Shown: in pieces, positions 14,070 to 27,724 of the stretch
Layout: every line of letters begins with the position of its first letter
How positions within the stretch are numbered: the stretch's first letter is position 1
Assembly: GCA_964252035.1 (NCBI GenBank)
Contig: OZ176200.1
DNA length: 64,000 nucleotides
Direction: 5' to 3' (one strand)
Source: Podarcis erhardii
Taxonomy: Eukaryota
Notes under the pieces: model-generated
Told to the model about the DNA's origin: nothing
Database searches by the model: none
Seen by the model: the letters and a program-made list of their open reading frames with translations, nothing else
Program-made: the position numbers and the translations under genes

Positions 14070-14199
14070 GCAACAAATGAAGAACTCTGTTTACCGAAGC
14101 AGGCAGTCTTTGAACAGTCCAAGTCCAGGAGAAACTGAGATGGATCTACTTGTTACACGAGAGAGACAAAGGCGTGGTATCCGCAACAGTGGATATGAT
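14070..14199 (+). CDS. KIAA1549L: KIAA1549L coding exon (QQMKNSVYRSRQSLNSPSPGETEMDLLVTRERQRRGIRNSGYD)
   Basis: ttcttctgcag|g acceptor, gat|gtacgt donor; 130 nt; frame consistent with both neighbours. Confidence 0.92.
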
Positions 14200-14304
14200 G
14201 TACGTGCATGCAAAATTCATTCATTACAAGTTGCATTGGAAGTGTAGCAAACATTAGAACGGTCCTAGCAAAACAATCTACCTAGTGTGAAAGTGCTTAA
14301 TAGC

Positions 14305-14319
14305 CAGTGCTTTTTTTCA

Positions 14320-14350
<31 letters not shown>

Positions 14351-14465
14351 TTTAGGGGTACTCTCATTTTCCTACTCATATTAAAATACTGCCCCTCAAT
14401 GAGGCCAAACTTATATTCACAAAATGTTTAGGGGTATGTGCCCCTCCCCCCCAGAAAAAGCACTG
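14305..14465. mobile_element. hAT MITE, same family as 12109-12255
   Basis: CAGTGCTTTTT...AAAAAGCACTG; perfect 8-bp TSD ttaatagc; shared core tttaggggtactctcattttcctactcatatt. Confidence 0.9.
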
Positions 14466-16813
14466 TTAATAGCTACTTCCATTTTAGCAACAGCTAGAAC
14501 TGATTTTATGCAATTTTGGTCTTCAGGTTTCAGGGTTTTTTTTAATCATATATTCACTTCAGTAGAAGGCATGGGAAAGGCAGTTCCTGAAGTCAAGCTT
14601 GAATAACAGCAGTTCGTTCATTTTAAACATTCACTCAGGCACATGCCCTTTCCCAAAAGCTCAAGGTGCTTACAATCTAAGTAGATTGTTGATCTGACAA
14701 TACAAGGCGGCTCCTTACAATCTTGTCGAGCCTTCCACACATTTTGTTAGTATAAAGGTAAATAACAAAAAGGGAAAAGGAAACTCACAATATTTTATTG
14801 ATTCTGCTGATATGATACAATTCTGCAGTCATACCATATCAACCAAGCTTAGAACAGGCATCTGTATCCTAAAAGCCTCAGCTTTCTTTCGTTATTTAAA
14901 CCACTTTCTAGCACTTATGGTGACAAAAACAGTCTTGGGAAAATATGTCCACCAACAGTGCCCCATCAGAAGAGCTCAGCAGCTGAAGCAAAGCATAAGG
15001 AATCTGATGGTCCTTAAGGTCCTTTGCACCCAAGTTGTTTAGGGCTTTGTGAATTAACACCAGGCCGCATCACAGTCAAGCCCACACTACAGTGTATTCT
15101 GTTGGCTGCAGTACAATGCTTCTTTCAAACCTAATTTCAGTGGTGGGGGAGGCATCCAGGGGACCGTGCAGATCCTGCTACTGTGTGTGTAAGTGCACCT
15201 ATGGGTGCATGGTTGGTGATCCCTGGTCTCGGCCTTTTCAACGGTGGCCTACAGTGCAGCAGTTGCAAGAAAAGAAAAGGGTAAATTCTACGTTAGGGAC
15301 TGAATAAAAGCAGCCCCTGCTGAATGGATACGCTATCTGCCAGATCACAAATATAGAAATCAAGGATTGTAATGCTTATGATGTAATAAATACCCTATCT
15401 ATCCACTGAAATATAGTGTGCTCCTTTGCCAAGGTGAGGGAAACTGTGAAACATCAAAAAATATTCACAAGAGTACGTTTGTGATGGGATTGTCCATGTT
15501 TTGACACTGCCTGTCAGAACAAATAAATCGTAATTTGCTGTGTAACTGGGATTATGGCCTGCTATGCTCTAGTGTGCTTCACTGCAACAGAAATTTAAAG
15601 GGACAGCCTATTTTAAATCTGTTTTTAAATTTAACTGCTTCAGGTGGAAAAGGGGCTTTTAGAAAAATTACTGATAAAATGCTCGATAGAGGCAGCTTTT
15701 CTCTGACTCACTCTTTCCTGGTAGCTGTTTCCCTTTTGTAAAATACTGTTTTGGTATGTTGTTAGCTTCCTTTGGCTTTCCTTTTGGCAACAGAAGCATG
15801 ATACAAAAGTGAAGTGAAACAACTTTGCAGGGGGAGGGGAGGTGTGTGCTTTATTTATTTATGGCTTGCATTTATATACTGCCTTTCTCCTAAGGCAGTT
15901 TACAATTTAAAATATTAATGCAAGCAAATAGTACAAAATGTTTTTAGGCCTACATGAGGAGCAGATGGCAGATGCTATTTGCAGAGCATCTTTTAATATT
16001 TAGTAGTATAAATGGATCCTTGTGCCTAGCTGAAAGACTGCTTGCATGTTTAGCCTATTTACATGTATAAAGTAATTTTCAAGTCCAGTGCTCCCCCACC
16101 AACAGCCTCTGTGCAAGCAACTCCCAGTTCCCCACGTAGGTAACAGAAGTGGCAAACAGGTATTTTGAGTGCAATCCTCCCCACCGACAAATGAGAGTTT
16201 GCCGTATGTTTGTAACTTGCCTAACATAATTTATTAAATATATACATTATCGTCTAATATTGAGCACCTCATAGAAGACTGAATAGAGTGCTGAACTGAG
16301 TTGTCAAATTAAATCACACTGTGGGTGAAAATGATATATATCTTGTTCAGAACTTGCTTATAAAGGACTATGAAACTTTGCAGTCTGTGCTGCAGAGGAG
16401 CTGTGAGAGGACAGAAATAACTTATGTACCAGTGATGGGAAGGGGTCATTCTGACTGAAATGGATCTCTAGAAGTAGAGCTGGAGAGGGAGGGAGAAAGG
16501 CAGGCAAGCACTGGGAGTGTTGGAGTTATTTGCCCCTCTGACTTCATTTATGACATGATTCTACAACCAATTCTCTAGCCATTGATCAGTTGAATAACAC
16601 ATGTGGTAAAGACAACCATTTCATGGTTTCTGAAATAGCTGTCCATTATGGATAGGTGTTGATGGGCCAAATGAGGTTGATAAAGAAAATTTAACACTTT
16701 ATGAAAGTCAAATATAATCACTTCTTATGACCTAGACATAGACAGGATTTTTTACTGAATTAACCCCCCACCCTTTTGCACAGTTGCCCAACATTCTCTA
16801 TTATATCCAACAG

Positions 16814-17164
16814 ACTGAGCCTGAAATGATAGAAGAAACAAATGTTGACCGTGTCAATGAGCCCCGAAATTATAACAGAGCTCATCAAGCAAAAGGCCAT
16901 TCAGAGACATCGACTCTGAGTTCCCAGCCATCCATTGATGAAGTCAGACAACAGATGCACATGCTACTGGAAGAAGCCTTTAGTTTGGCCTCAGCAGGTC
17001 ATGGAGGACAGAGCAGGCAGCAAGATGCTTACAGTTCTACACAGCAGTTGCCATACTCTGAAGTTGTGACCAGTGCTCCTGGTACCATGTCTCGACCCAG
17101 AGGAGGAATACAGTGGGTGCCTACCTATAGACCAGAAGTGTATCAGTACAGTTTGCCAAGGCCT
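16814..17164 (+). CDS. KIAA1549L: KIAA1549L coding exon (TEPEMIEETN...QPSIDEVRQQMHMLLEEAFSLAS...YQYSLPRP)
   Basis: ccaacag|act acceptor, cct|gtaagt donor; 351 nt = 117 codons. An alternative in-frame acceptor lies 30 nt upstream (see findings). Confidence 0.92.
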
Positions 17165-18134
17165 GTAAGTGACCACTTATATGTGTTATACTCAGAACTG
17201 TTGTTGAAATGCCAGAATTTGGACTTTAGGGAGTTTCTCTTCTGGCCATCACATACTTCATGTAGTGGCTCGAAGATTCTGCTGGGCTGTGTGAATGATG
17301 TTCAGTTTTCATCCTCATTATCATCCTCCTCATATTAAATTTCTATACCTCCCTTCATCCAAGGATCACAGGGCAGTTTATAGTATGAAAACACAAAAAT
17401 ACATAACAAAGAAAACAATATCCCCCCACCCCAGTTTAAAAGGCCCTAGATTGTTTAGTCAAAGTACTGGCAGAAGAGAAATGTTCTAGATTAGTTTTGA
17501 GATGAATAACCCAAGTTGGCTTTATCAAATAGAAATTAACTTACTGTACTTAAAATAAGCAGAGTAAGAGCTTGTCCGCATATCTGCTTGTCATGTGGGT
17601 CCGATCTTCCACTTGTCCTGTGCTTTCTAGGCACAGATCTGAGTGGTTTTTCCATTTCTCCCACTGCTTTCCCCAGGAAAAACTGCTGTTTACCTCATAA
17701 TTGGAACAAATGTCAATCTGCAGAAAAACTGATTGATTCTTGTTCTGATTCAATGGCAAGCAGCGGGTCTTCCTGTTGGAAAGCAGAAGGACAAGTGGAA
17801 GTGTGGGAGAGCCCTAAAAGTCAAGTTGGCTTTAAAAAAACCAGCATTTATTAGTGATCTGCTGTGGATATCATGCTAAACAGTAATTTAGCATTATATG
17901 AATGAGCCGCAGCTTGCCTCAGGCGTAGATTCAAAGAGGTGTTTGGAAGCATTCACTGTTTCTGCTTAACTACAGCTTGTTGTGTTGTTTGAACCAACAA
18001 ACTGCGATCAAACTGTGGTTAATATTCACAAGCTAAGTTCAAAATTGCTTTGAATCATAGAATCATAGAATCATAGAGTTGGAAGAGACCACAAGGGCCA
18101 TCGAGTCCAACCCCCTGCCAAGCAGGAAACACCA

Positions 18135-21057
18135 TCAGAGCACTCCTGACATATGGTTGTCAAGCCTCTGCTTAAAGACCTCCAAAGAAGGAGACTCCAC
18201 CACACTCCTTGGCAGCAAATTCCACTGTCGAACAGCTCTTACTGTCAGGAAGTTCTTCCTAATGTTTAGGTGGAATCTTCTTTCTTGTAGTTTGGAACCA
18301 TTGCTCCATGTCCGCTTCTCTGGAGCAGCAGAAAACAACCTTTCTCCCTCCTCTATGTGACATCCTTTTATATATTTGAACATGGCTATCATATCACCCC
18401 TTAACCTCCTCTTCTCCAGGCTAAACATGCCCAGCTCCCTTAGCCGTTCCTCATAAGGCATCGTTTCCAGGCCTTTGACCATTTTGGTTGCCCTCCTCTG
18501 GACACGTTCCAGTTTGTCAGTGTCCTTCTTGAACTGTGGTGCCCAGAACTGGACACAGTACTCCAGGTGAGGTCTGACCAGAGCAGAATACAGTGGCACT
18601 ATTACTTCCCTTGATCTAGATGCTATACTCCTATTGATGCAGCCCAGAATTGCATTGGCTTTTTTAGCTGCCATGTCACACTGTTGGCTCATGTCAAGTT
18701 TGTGGTCAACCAAGACTCCTAGATCCTTTTCACATGTACTGCTCTCAAGCCAGGTGTCACCCATCTTGTATTTGTGCCTCTCATTTTTTTTTGCCCAAGT
18801 GCAATACTTTACATTTCTCCCTGTCAAAATTCATCTTGTTTGTTTTGGCCCAGTTCTCTAATCTGTCAAGGTTGTTTTGAAGTGTGATCCTGTCCTCTGG
18901 GGTGTTAGCCACCCCTCCCAGTTTGGTGTCATCTGCAAATTTGATCAGGATACCCTTGAGTCCATCATCCAAGTCGTTGATAAAGATGTTGAATAAGACC
19001 GGGCCCAAGACAGAACCCTATGGCACCCCACTAGTCACTCTTCTCCAGGATGAAGAGGAACCATTGATGAGCACCCTTTGGGTTCGGTCAGTCAGCCAGT
19101 TACAAATCCACTGAGTGGTAGCATAGTCAAGACCACATTTTACCAGCTTCTTTACAAGAATATCATGGGGCACCTTGTCAAATGCCTTGCTGAAATCAAG
19201 GTAGGCTACATCCACTACGTTCCCTTCATCTACCAGGGTTGTAATTCTGTCAAAAAACGAGATCAAGTTAGTCTGACATGACTTATTTTTCAGAAATCCA
19301 TGCTGACTATTGGTGATCACAGCATTCCTTTCTAGGTGCTCACAGACTGTTTGCTTAATGATCTGCTCCAGAATCTTCCCTGGTATTGATGTCAGACTGA
19401 CTGGGCGGTAATTATTTGGGTCCTCTCTTTTCCCCTTTTTGAAAACAGGGACAACATTTGCCCTCCTCCAGTCTGCCAGGACTTCGCCTGTTCTCCAGGA
19501 ATTCTCAAAGATGACTGCCAGTGGTTCTGAGATCACATCTGCCAGTTCTTTTAATACTCTTGGATGCAGTTCATCTGGCCCTGGAGACTTGAATACATCT
19601 AGACTAGCCAAGTATTCTTGTACTATCTCCTTAGTTATTCTGGGCTGTGTTTCCTCTGCTGAATCATTTGCTCCAAATTCTTCAGGTCGGGCATTGTTTT
19701 CTTTATCGGAGAAGACTGAGGCAAAGAAGGCATTGAGGAGTTCAGCCCTTTCTGTGTCCCCTGTTTGCATTTCACCATCTTCTCCTCTGAGTGACCCCAC
19801 TGTTTCTTTGTTCTTCCTTTTGCTACGAACATACCCATAAAAGCCTTTTTTGTTGCTTTTAACCTCTTTAGCAAGCCTGAGTTCATTCTGTGCTTTAGCT
19901 TTTCTGACTTTGTGTCTACACGTGCTGGCTATTTGTTTGAATTCCTCTTTGGTGGTTTCCTCCCTTTTCCATTTTTTGTACACATCCTTTTTAAATCTTA
20001 ACTCAGTTAAAAGTTCTTTAGATAGCCACCCTGGCTTCTTTAGGCACCTTCCATGTTTCCGTCTCATTGGTATTGCCTGAAGTTGTGCTTTTACTATCTC
20101 CCTCTTAACAAACTCCCAGCCATCATGAACTCCCTTTCCTTTTAGTATTACTGTCCATGGGATCTCACCCAGCACTTCCCTAAGTTTTATGAAGTCGGCT
20201 TTCTTAAAGTCAAGAAATTGAGTCCTAGTATGCTTGGCTGCTCGTTTCCGCTGTATAGTAAACTTCAGAAGAGCATAATCACTCGCGCCTAATGATCCTT
20301 CCACTTCTACCCCACTAACCAGGTCATCAACATTGGTTAGGACCAGATCTAAAATGGCTGTTCCTCTTGTTGCTTCTCCCACTTTCTGGACAATGAAGTT
20401 GTCTGCAAGGCCAGTGAGGAATCTGTCTGACCTTATGCTCTTGGCTGAGTTTGACATCCAACAAATATCCGGGTAATTGAAGTCCCCCATTACTACTATC
20501 TCCCTTCCTTTTGCATGCTTGGCCATCTGTTCCAGGAAGGCATCATCTATGTCCTCCGTTTGGCTTGGGGATCTATAGTAAACTCCCACAATGAGGTCAC
20601 TGTTATTCTTCTCTCCCTTAATTTTGACCCAAATGCTCTCACTTTGGCTTTGAGCTTCTAAATCTTGGATCTCTTCACAGGTATACACATCCCTGACATA
20701 TAACGCCACTCCTCCTCCTTTCTTGTCTGGTCTGTTTCTCTGAAATAGATTGTATCCCTCCATTATTACATTCCAATTGTGGGACTTATCCCACCAGGTT
20801 TCAGTGATGCCTATTATGTCATATTTAGTTTGCTGTACCAAGAGCTCAAGCTCATCTTGTTTATTTCCCATGCTTTGCGCATTAGTGTACAGACATTGAA
20901 GTCCATTGATCATTCTCCCGTGTCTCTTATTTAGGGATTTTTCCCTCCCACCACTAGGTCTGCGTGCTGTTTGCTCCATTTGGTCTATGACATTTGAATG
21001 ATCATCTTCATCAATTGATAGACTCCTACCTTCAGGAGCACTGTCTCCCTCCCCCAC
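18135..21057 (-). pseudogene. CR1 ORF2 (APE endonuclease + RT) with one nonsense codon and one frameshift
   Basis: LYTNAQS, GITETWW and GDFNYPD endonuclease motifs; YRPVSLTS, QHGF, YLDFSKAFD, SGVP*GSVLGP (TAG at 19020-19018 where Q is expected) and KFADD; frameshift at the T-run near 18784-18792; C-terminus in ORF 18135-18827. Confidence 0.92.
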
Positions 21058-21062
21058 ATTAG

Positions 21063-22136
21063 TCAGTTTAAAGCCCTCCTGATGAGGTTTCTGAGATTTT
21101 TGGCAAAAACATTCCTCCCAACCATTGTGAGGTGCAGCCCATCGCTTGCCAGAAGTCCATCTTCAAGAAACTGCAGTCCGTGATCTAAGAATCCAAACCG
21201 TTCTTGTTTACACCATTTGCGAAGCCAGCTGTTCACTTCCACTATTTTTCCCTCTCTCCCTGGGCCACGTCGTTCAACTGGGAGGACAGATGAGATGACA
21301 ATTTGTGCATTTAATTGCTTCAATTTCCTGCCCAGAGCCTCGTAGTCTCTTTTGATCTTCTGGAGGCTATTGCTTGCAGTGTCATTGGTTCCCACATGAA
21401 CCAAGAGGAAGGGGTATTTGTCAGTGGGTTTTATGATTCCTTGCAGTCATTCAGTTACATCTTGGATCTTAGCCCCGGGGAGACAGCACACTTCCCGAGA
21501 CATCTTGTCAGGCCCACAGATCACTGCTTCTGTTCCCCTCAGTAGGGAATCCCCTATCACCACTATACACCTCCTCTTAGGTCTGGTCGGGGTTCTTCCG
21601 TGAGCTGTCCATTCCAAGGTCGCCTGCACATTCCCTGAGGACTGACTTTGCTGCTCGTCTTCATATACCTGATCGACTGTAATGAGGGAGAGATCCTCAA
21701 ATGGAGTCTGCTCTTCGTCTTCCATGCTAGGGGAGAGGACCTCAAAGTGACTGTGTATTTCTAAACAATCAGAGCGAACCCTGGGCCTCCTACTTCTTTG
21801 AGTCACATTTCTCCATATATCTGGCTCCTGTGTTGGTGAACTAGCCTCCTTCTCAGGGGAGTCCCCTGTCTCCTCCTTGGTGGAGACGGTGTGCTCTGTT
21901 GCTTCCAAGAAGAGCTCCAGCTCTCTAATTCTTTGGAGTGTAGCTACATGTTCCTCCAGTTGCTGGACTTTGTCTTCTAAGAGGGCAATCAACATGCAAT
22001 TGCTGCAGGTAAAGCTGCCTGCAACCTTTGGCAAGATGGCAAGCATTGCGCAGGAACCGCAGGCGACTGCAGCTGTTCCCTCACCCTCCATCTTGAGAAC
22101 GTGTCGTTGGGGGTGGCTACAGCGGTCCTCCATCAT
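21063..22136 (-). pseudogene. CR1 ORF1 (zinc finger, coiled coil, SGNH/GDSL esterase), one in-frame TGA at 21449-21447
   Basis: CGSC...CSNC; leucine heptads; VIGDSLLRG, VHVGTND and DGLHL esterase blocks. DVTE*LQGIIKPTDKYPFLLVHVGTND stays in frame across the stop. Confidence 0.9.
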
Positions 22137-25100
22137 AAAAAGCGTGAAGACAGGACAAATAACTGCCCCCCCAAAAAAACCTAGGTCTCCCCCAACAAAT
22201 GTTTGAGACTAGCTCCCCTAAATCTAAAAGATGGATCAAACTGCGTGCGCCGCTATGTGTGCGCCGCTACCCTGCAAGCTCTGATAAGCTCCTCCCACAG
22301 CTAATCACCTGCCTCAACGGAAACCCTGCCCCCTCTGACCTTTGCACAGGGCGAGCAGCTAATTAGCCACAAAGAAACACACAAGAAAACCCTTTTTGCT
22401 CCTTCTTCAGTGCTGCCCTGCAAGCTCTGATAAGCTCCTCCCACCCTGCACCCTGTGTGTTGAGAATGGAGCTTTATTGGCAGTTTTAGATAGATAATTG
22501 CTTCTTGTTATTGTCCTGGCTCCTAAAAATGAGGTTAGTGATGGGCTACAATAAAATGAACATAAGGGAGAAATGCAAAGGTTTTCCAGGTGTTTCCGGT
22601 GGCAAAGTCATTGGATTCCCAGATATGTATTGCCAAATTATATCCAAATAGGAGATGCCTCATGCTAAACCAACACTATGAAGTTTAGACAGGCAAAATC
22701 TATGGTTGGGATATGTTGACAACCCAGGAGAGGAATCTCATATTCCATCTTGGTGCTGCTACATAGTCAGAGTAACAAGATCTTGTGATTAAAGAGCCAC
22801 CTTGAGATTCAGGAGATTTTATTTATTTATGCTGTCCTCCTTCATTCAGAGCACCTGCAATGAAAAGAAGGATCCATAATGTCATGTATACTTAAGAAAG
22901 TTCCCAAGAGACACTGCGAAAACTGTTATCTATGTGCTTCCAGTCTTGTGGGCTAGGTTGTCTGTCACCTACACTTTAAAAAGGGAGACAGGCGTATGAT
23001 TAATCCCGGTCCTTTTCTCAACAGTTAAATAGGAACAAAAATGTTTTTTTTTCTGCCTGAGCTAAATCAATTATGAATCACCTCATTGATATAAAGATAG
23101 GCTATAGCAAACCTGCTGGGGTTGTTCCTGGAAAATGTGACTAAACAGAAGCAGTTGGTGATCTCCAGCCCACCTACACCTTGAATAAGTTGTTCACAAA
23201 GAAAGAAAGAAAGAAAAAACTTTAGAGCTTCCTTCCTTTCCCTGTGTTGATTTCAGAGAATCTAGCCAGCCCAATCTGTTTTATTTACCAAGGCCCAAAG
23301 TACATATTGCTAAAGCTATTTTGGGCACCACCAATTCACAGCTCTCCGTTATGTGTAGTTGGAAAAAATGGTTGCTGTTGATATCATCACAGCAGAAGGC
23401 TTAACCTGATAACATCTCCACCATTATAATTCTTTTTTTTATATATACATATTACTGGGGAGACATGGGGAAAGTGTGGGTTGGCAAATTCCCCAGGAAA
23501 TGTTCCATTTTGGTTAGAGGTGCAATCTCTACCTTTCTCATTCATCTTTCCCTTTGAAGTATTTACTCAGATGAAGCATTTACTCTTGCCTTGGCATGGT
23601 TTAGCGTATCCAGCTAGATAGTTATACTTTACCCACTGCCTGCCACTGTAGAGAGTTACATTGGTCTTTGCAAACATTTCCCAATGATCTTGTATATGTG
23701 TAATATATCCTGATGCAGCCTGGACACTTTCTGTGCCTTCCAACAACCTCTTTCTTGTGGCACTGATTCCAAAGACCATTGGTTTTGGATTCTTTAATAA
23801 TAACTGATCTGTAACAAAACAATATATAAAGACCAACTTTTTTGTGCTAATCTAAGGCAGATATGCTTCTTCCCTGACAAATAATAAGTCCTTAACATAT
23901 CAAGCATTGGCAGAACATCCATTTAAAAATAGGCCAGTGAAATACTGAGTTTACTATGAAATAGAGAACAGTCTGAAATTTGCTTTGTAACCAAGAAAAA
24001 GACCCTAGAGCTAAAGTTGCTGTATCTTACCCTGGTGTAAACAGCTTTACTGTTTTGTAAAAAAGGCATTTCACATTTCATAATAGAAATAAGCATGTCT
24101 GTATGGATAGCTAATAAAGTCCCCAGATTATTCCTCTTATGGTGCAAGAATGAACCCCCCCCCCAGGTTTCATACTCAAAACTGCTAGGATGGGGAGACA
24201 GAAAAACATGGTTATTTTTGATCCATTCATTGAGGTTTATCTGAAAGCTAGTTACATTAAATGCAAAGGTTCATGCTGCTGCTTAACTCTTGGTGGAAGT
24301 TGCCCATGGGCTCAGAAACCTGGGCTCATGGTTTATCTCCCACAGACAAACCATGGTCAATGAGCCAAGTACAAACCATGATCATGCGTTTGGACATAAT
24401 TCCAAGTCTAACTATGGCTTAGCTTTGGCTTGCATGGTGGCAGCAGGACCAGGGGAGAAATGAAGCAAATGCATTCTCAGCTACCTATTCGTCTCTCTCG
24501 GCTCCCTCCCCACACCCTCTCTCTCTGAACTCTCCTAAGTGATAGAGTAGGAAATGTGTTTGAATGCATCCTATCTGAATCTTACAACACCTCCTGTGTC
24601 AAGGTGTCTATTTAGGGTGCCTAGAATGCCATGCTGTTCTCAGTGATGATTTTGATATGTTGGCTATTCTAGGAGAATGAAAAGTAGAGGATGTCAAGGC
24701 AGCATTTCAAACTAGCTGCTAAGCAGATTTGATAACTGTCGCTGTATTCCCAAGTTAACTTGACAATCTCTGTCACAGTGCAAAGGCTGCAAGATTAGTA
24801 TCTCATGCTTTGGGCCATAGGCTGATGGTGACAGTGTCAGGGAGGTGTTTTGACACGCGTGTAACATGGCAAAAATCTCTAATTTTGCTATCTGCCATTT
24901 TCTGTCAAACTCTGTAAATCCTGGGTGACTGATGCAATAGCCTCTAAATTCTGATCCCCAGGATTACTTTACTTTGGTGGTGGTGGTTGTTTTTTGTTTT
25001 TTAAATTGAGTCTTTATGTTGTCATAATAAAGGAACTTGCTTGTTCTTGCCTAGAGGAACATGAAACATATTCCCTGTTAAAAAGGTTGGAAAGAAAAGT

Positions 25101-25425
25101 TAAAACATAAAATGGTTTTCTTGTAGACATTTTTGTTTCCTGTGATAATGTTAGGTGCCTTGAGATATTCCAACATCAAAATATTTTTATTTTTAGTGGG
25201 ACAAAAAACCCATTCTGAATTATCCTTGGGGGAGAATTAAGACAGACAAGAACACTGCAGCGTTGAAATTTTAGGATGCACTAATAATGTTCACTTTGAA
25301 ATAGGCTTGGATTACAGTCTTCTTCCAACATGCTTATGTCATATTTTGGAAAAATGCAATGCAGTATAATTTTTTATGAAAAGTTGAGGATCGTTGAGGA
25401 AATATTTATTTATTTTTCTTAACAG

Positions 25426-25523
25426 GCTTATAGATTTTCTCCACTCCCTGAAATGGTGATGGGTTCTCCACCTCCTCCTGTGCCTCCTAGGACGGGACCT
25501 GTTGCCATCACTTCTCTTAGGAG
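25426..25523 (+). CDS. KIAA1549L: KIAA1549L coding exon (AYRFSPLPEMVMGSPPPPVPPRTGPVAITSLR-R)
   Basis: Found by reading; not in the ORF track. tttcttaacag|gct acceptor, gag|gtacta donor; 98 nt, phase 2. Confidence 0.9.
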
Positions 25524-26857
25524 GTACTATGCTGTTGTTTTTATGTTTTAGTTGAAAATGTTGTATCTCTATCTCAAGAGGGAAGATTGCTTTATAACTG
25601 ATATTGAAAGCCTCTGATGCATTACAGGGCTAGCATTTCTTATACTGTATAGGTATTTGTGAAACTATAATCAAGTAGTGTCATTTCAGAATTTTAGGTT
25701 TTCAAATTGTTTTTAAAAGCAAGCAAGCAAGGAAAAATGTGGGGTATTGTTCAGCTGTAAGCCACTCAGATACCTAATAGTATCTTAAACCATGATTTAA
25801 ATCCTCTATCATAAAGGCATGCCAGATTGGTTGTTCTGTAAAAGAAGTAAATGATTCATAAACCTTCTTGCTTTTCTCTTCTGAGACGACTAGCAGTAAG
25901 CATTGCAAAATATATGGATGACCTTATAAAATTGGTTTTGGCACTCTGAAGACATTTAGAGAGATTGTTGCCATCAAGTTTCTTATCCGCACTTTAAACG
26001 CCTAATAAATATGAATCAGTTTTAACAATGTTTTAGTATTTAGTGCCCAGTTCTCCAGGCACTGCTATTGTACAGTTTCCATTCATTCCAATCTTGTGGA
26101 CATTGCCTTTTAAATTCTGTTTTCTCACAGTCAGCTAGCTCATATCCATGCATTCCTAAGTAGCAGTTGCATAGCTCAGGCTCTTGGTCTATGAAATGCT
26201 GCTTCTACAAAATGACACCTGTTTGCAAAGCCACAACATAGCAGGCATGTTATATTTTACTGTGCATTAGCATAAGAATACAGAAACAGCTGAGCTGTCC
26301 TGATTGGCTGCCAGTGATGTCATAACTGTTTTGCAAAAATATCAGTGGACTGTAAAACACGGGCAGCCATGCTCATCCTTCACTGTCAGAACAAATGTAG
26401 CACTGAGCTACAAAGACTATATAAAAGAAAAAGGATTTTTTTTACTGAAATTACTGTGTTTTTAAACTTACTATATTTTGATTTTTAAAAGAAAATTATC
26501 AGTATAGGCAGGATACAGTAAGTAACCAGGGCTGTTTGTTGTAGCCTCACTACTTTTTATTTATTTTTCTTTTCTAACATATCTTTGTGCTATAACAAAT
26601 CGGGATATGTCTTTGGGATGCAGGCTATAAAATGATGCTTGAAGTAGCGACTCAGCTCTACTGGTATGCACCCATTGTAAACGACTATCAAAGCAAAAAG
26701 CAAAATGCTTTCTCTACCCGCTTTTCACAAAAAGATCCCATACTTCTGTGGCTAAAGCTGTAGTTAACTGGTCTGCTCCAGAGCAAGTAGGTTGTGGATT
26801 GCAACTGATGTGTGCTTGATGTTGGAATGACTGATGTTTCCAATATATATTATACAG

Positions 26858-27006
26858 GTCGACGTCTGATATTGGCAGCAAGACAAGAATATCAGAGTCC
26901 AGTGGAACTGAACAGATTCAGCCGCATGATCATGCCCCTTTTGTCCCAGTATCAAGAGCCCCAGTATCTGTGGCTCCATTGGATCAATCAGCCTTGAATT
27001 ACTCAG
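26858..27006 (+). CDS. KIAA1549L: KIAA1549L coding exon (STSDIGSKTRISESSG...LDQSALNYS-G)
   Basis: tatacag|gtcg acceptor, tcag|gtgaaa donor; 149 nt; phases match both flanking exons. Confidence 0.88.
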
Positions 27007-27724
27007 GTGAAAAACGCATGCGGTACAAACAGAGACCACATCTAAGTCTGTATGGCATAGAGACAAGCGTATGAGATCTTGCAAGCACCTTGTTTAGGAC
27101 TGTGTTAAATGGTTCTCTTGAAGGCTTGATGAGGAGAATTAATAAAAGGATCCCCACACACTCTTTCATTTTATCACATGCAGCATATTTCTAATATGGG
27201 AGAGGAATGGGGAGGAAGGATATGGTCTTTCTGTTTGAAGCACCTGGAATTGGCATCTTTCTAAGACAGGATCTTGGAACCGATGGTGTGTTTTGCTGTA
27301 CAGAAAGCAAATGGCCATGTAACGTAGACCATTTCCCTTGTAATGGCTGCTTACTCTTGAGTGGAATGCACTCTGCATTGACCCAAAGGCCACAAGCTTT
27401 CTTTAGAAAGAGCCTGTTCAGATTACCACTTTCAGCTAAATGTGGTGAAGCCATCCTGAATTGGTGGCAAATGTCATGTGATTGTTTCATTGTGTCTCCA
27501 GCTTGCAAGCTAGCATGTCCTTGCAAACCATTCCAAAATGAATTAGGTGAGGATATCCTGATTCATGACTGACCAGGTTCCCTTTGTGGCAGATCAATTC
27601 AGATTAACTTCACTTCACATTAAATAGGTTGAATATGGTCATAACATGTAGGCGTTTCTTCCGGGAGCTCACTATCAAGTAGATTCTACTTGCAATGAGA
27701 AGCTTCAGAAAAAAAATATATGGA

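Larger units (their letters stand above)
18052..22444 (-). mobile_element. Near full-length CR1 LINE, antisense in a KIAA1549L intron
   Basis: (ATTCTATG)n-type 3' tail at ~18052-18077; ORF2 and ORF1 remnants; 5' UTR to ~22444 (end approximate). No TSD seen. Confidence 0.95.
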
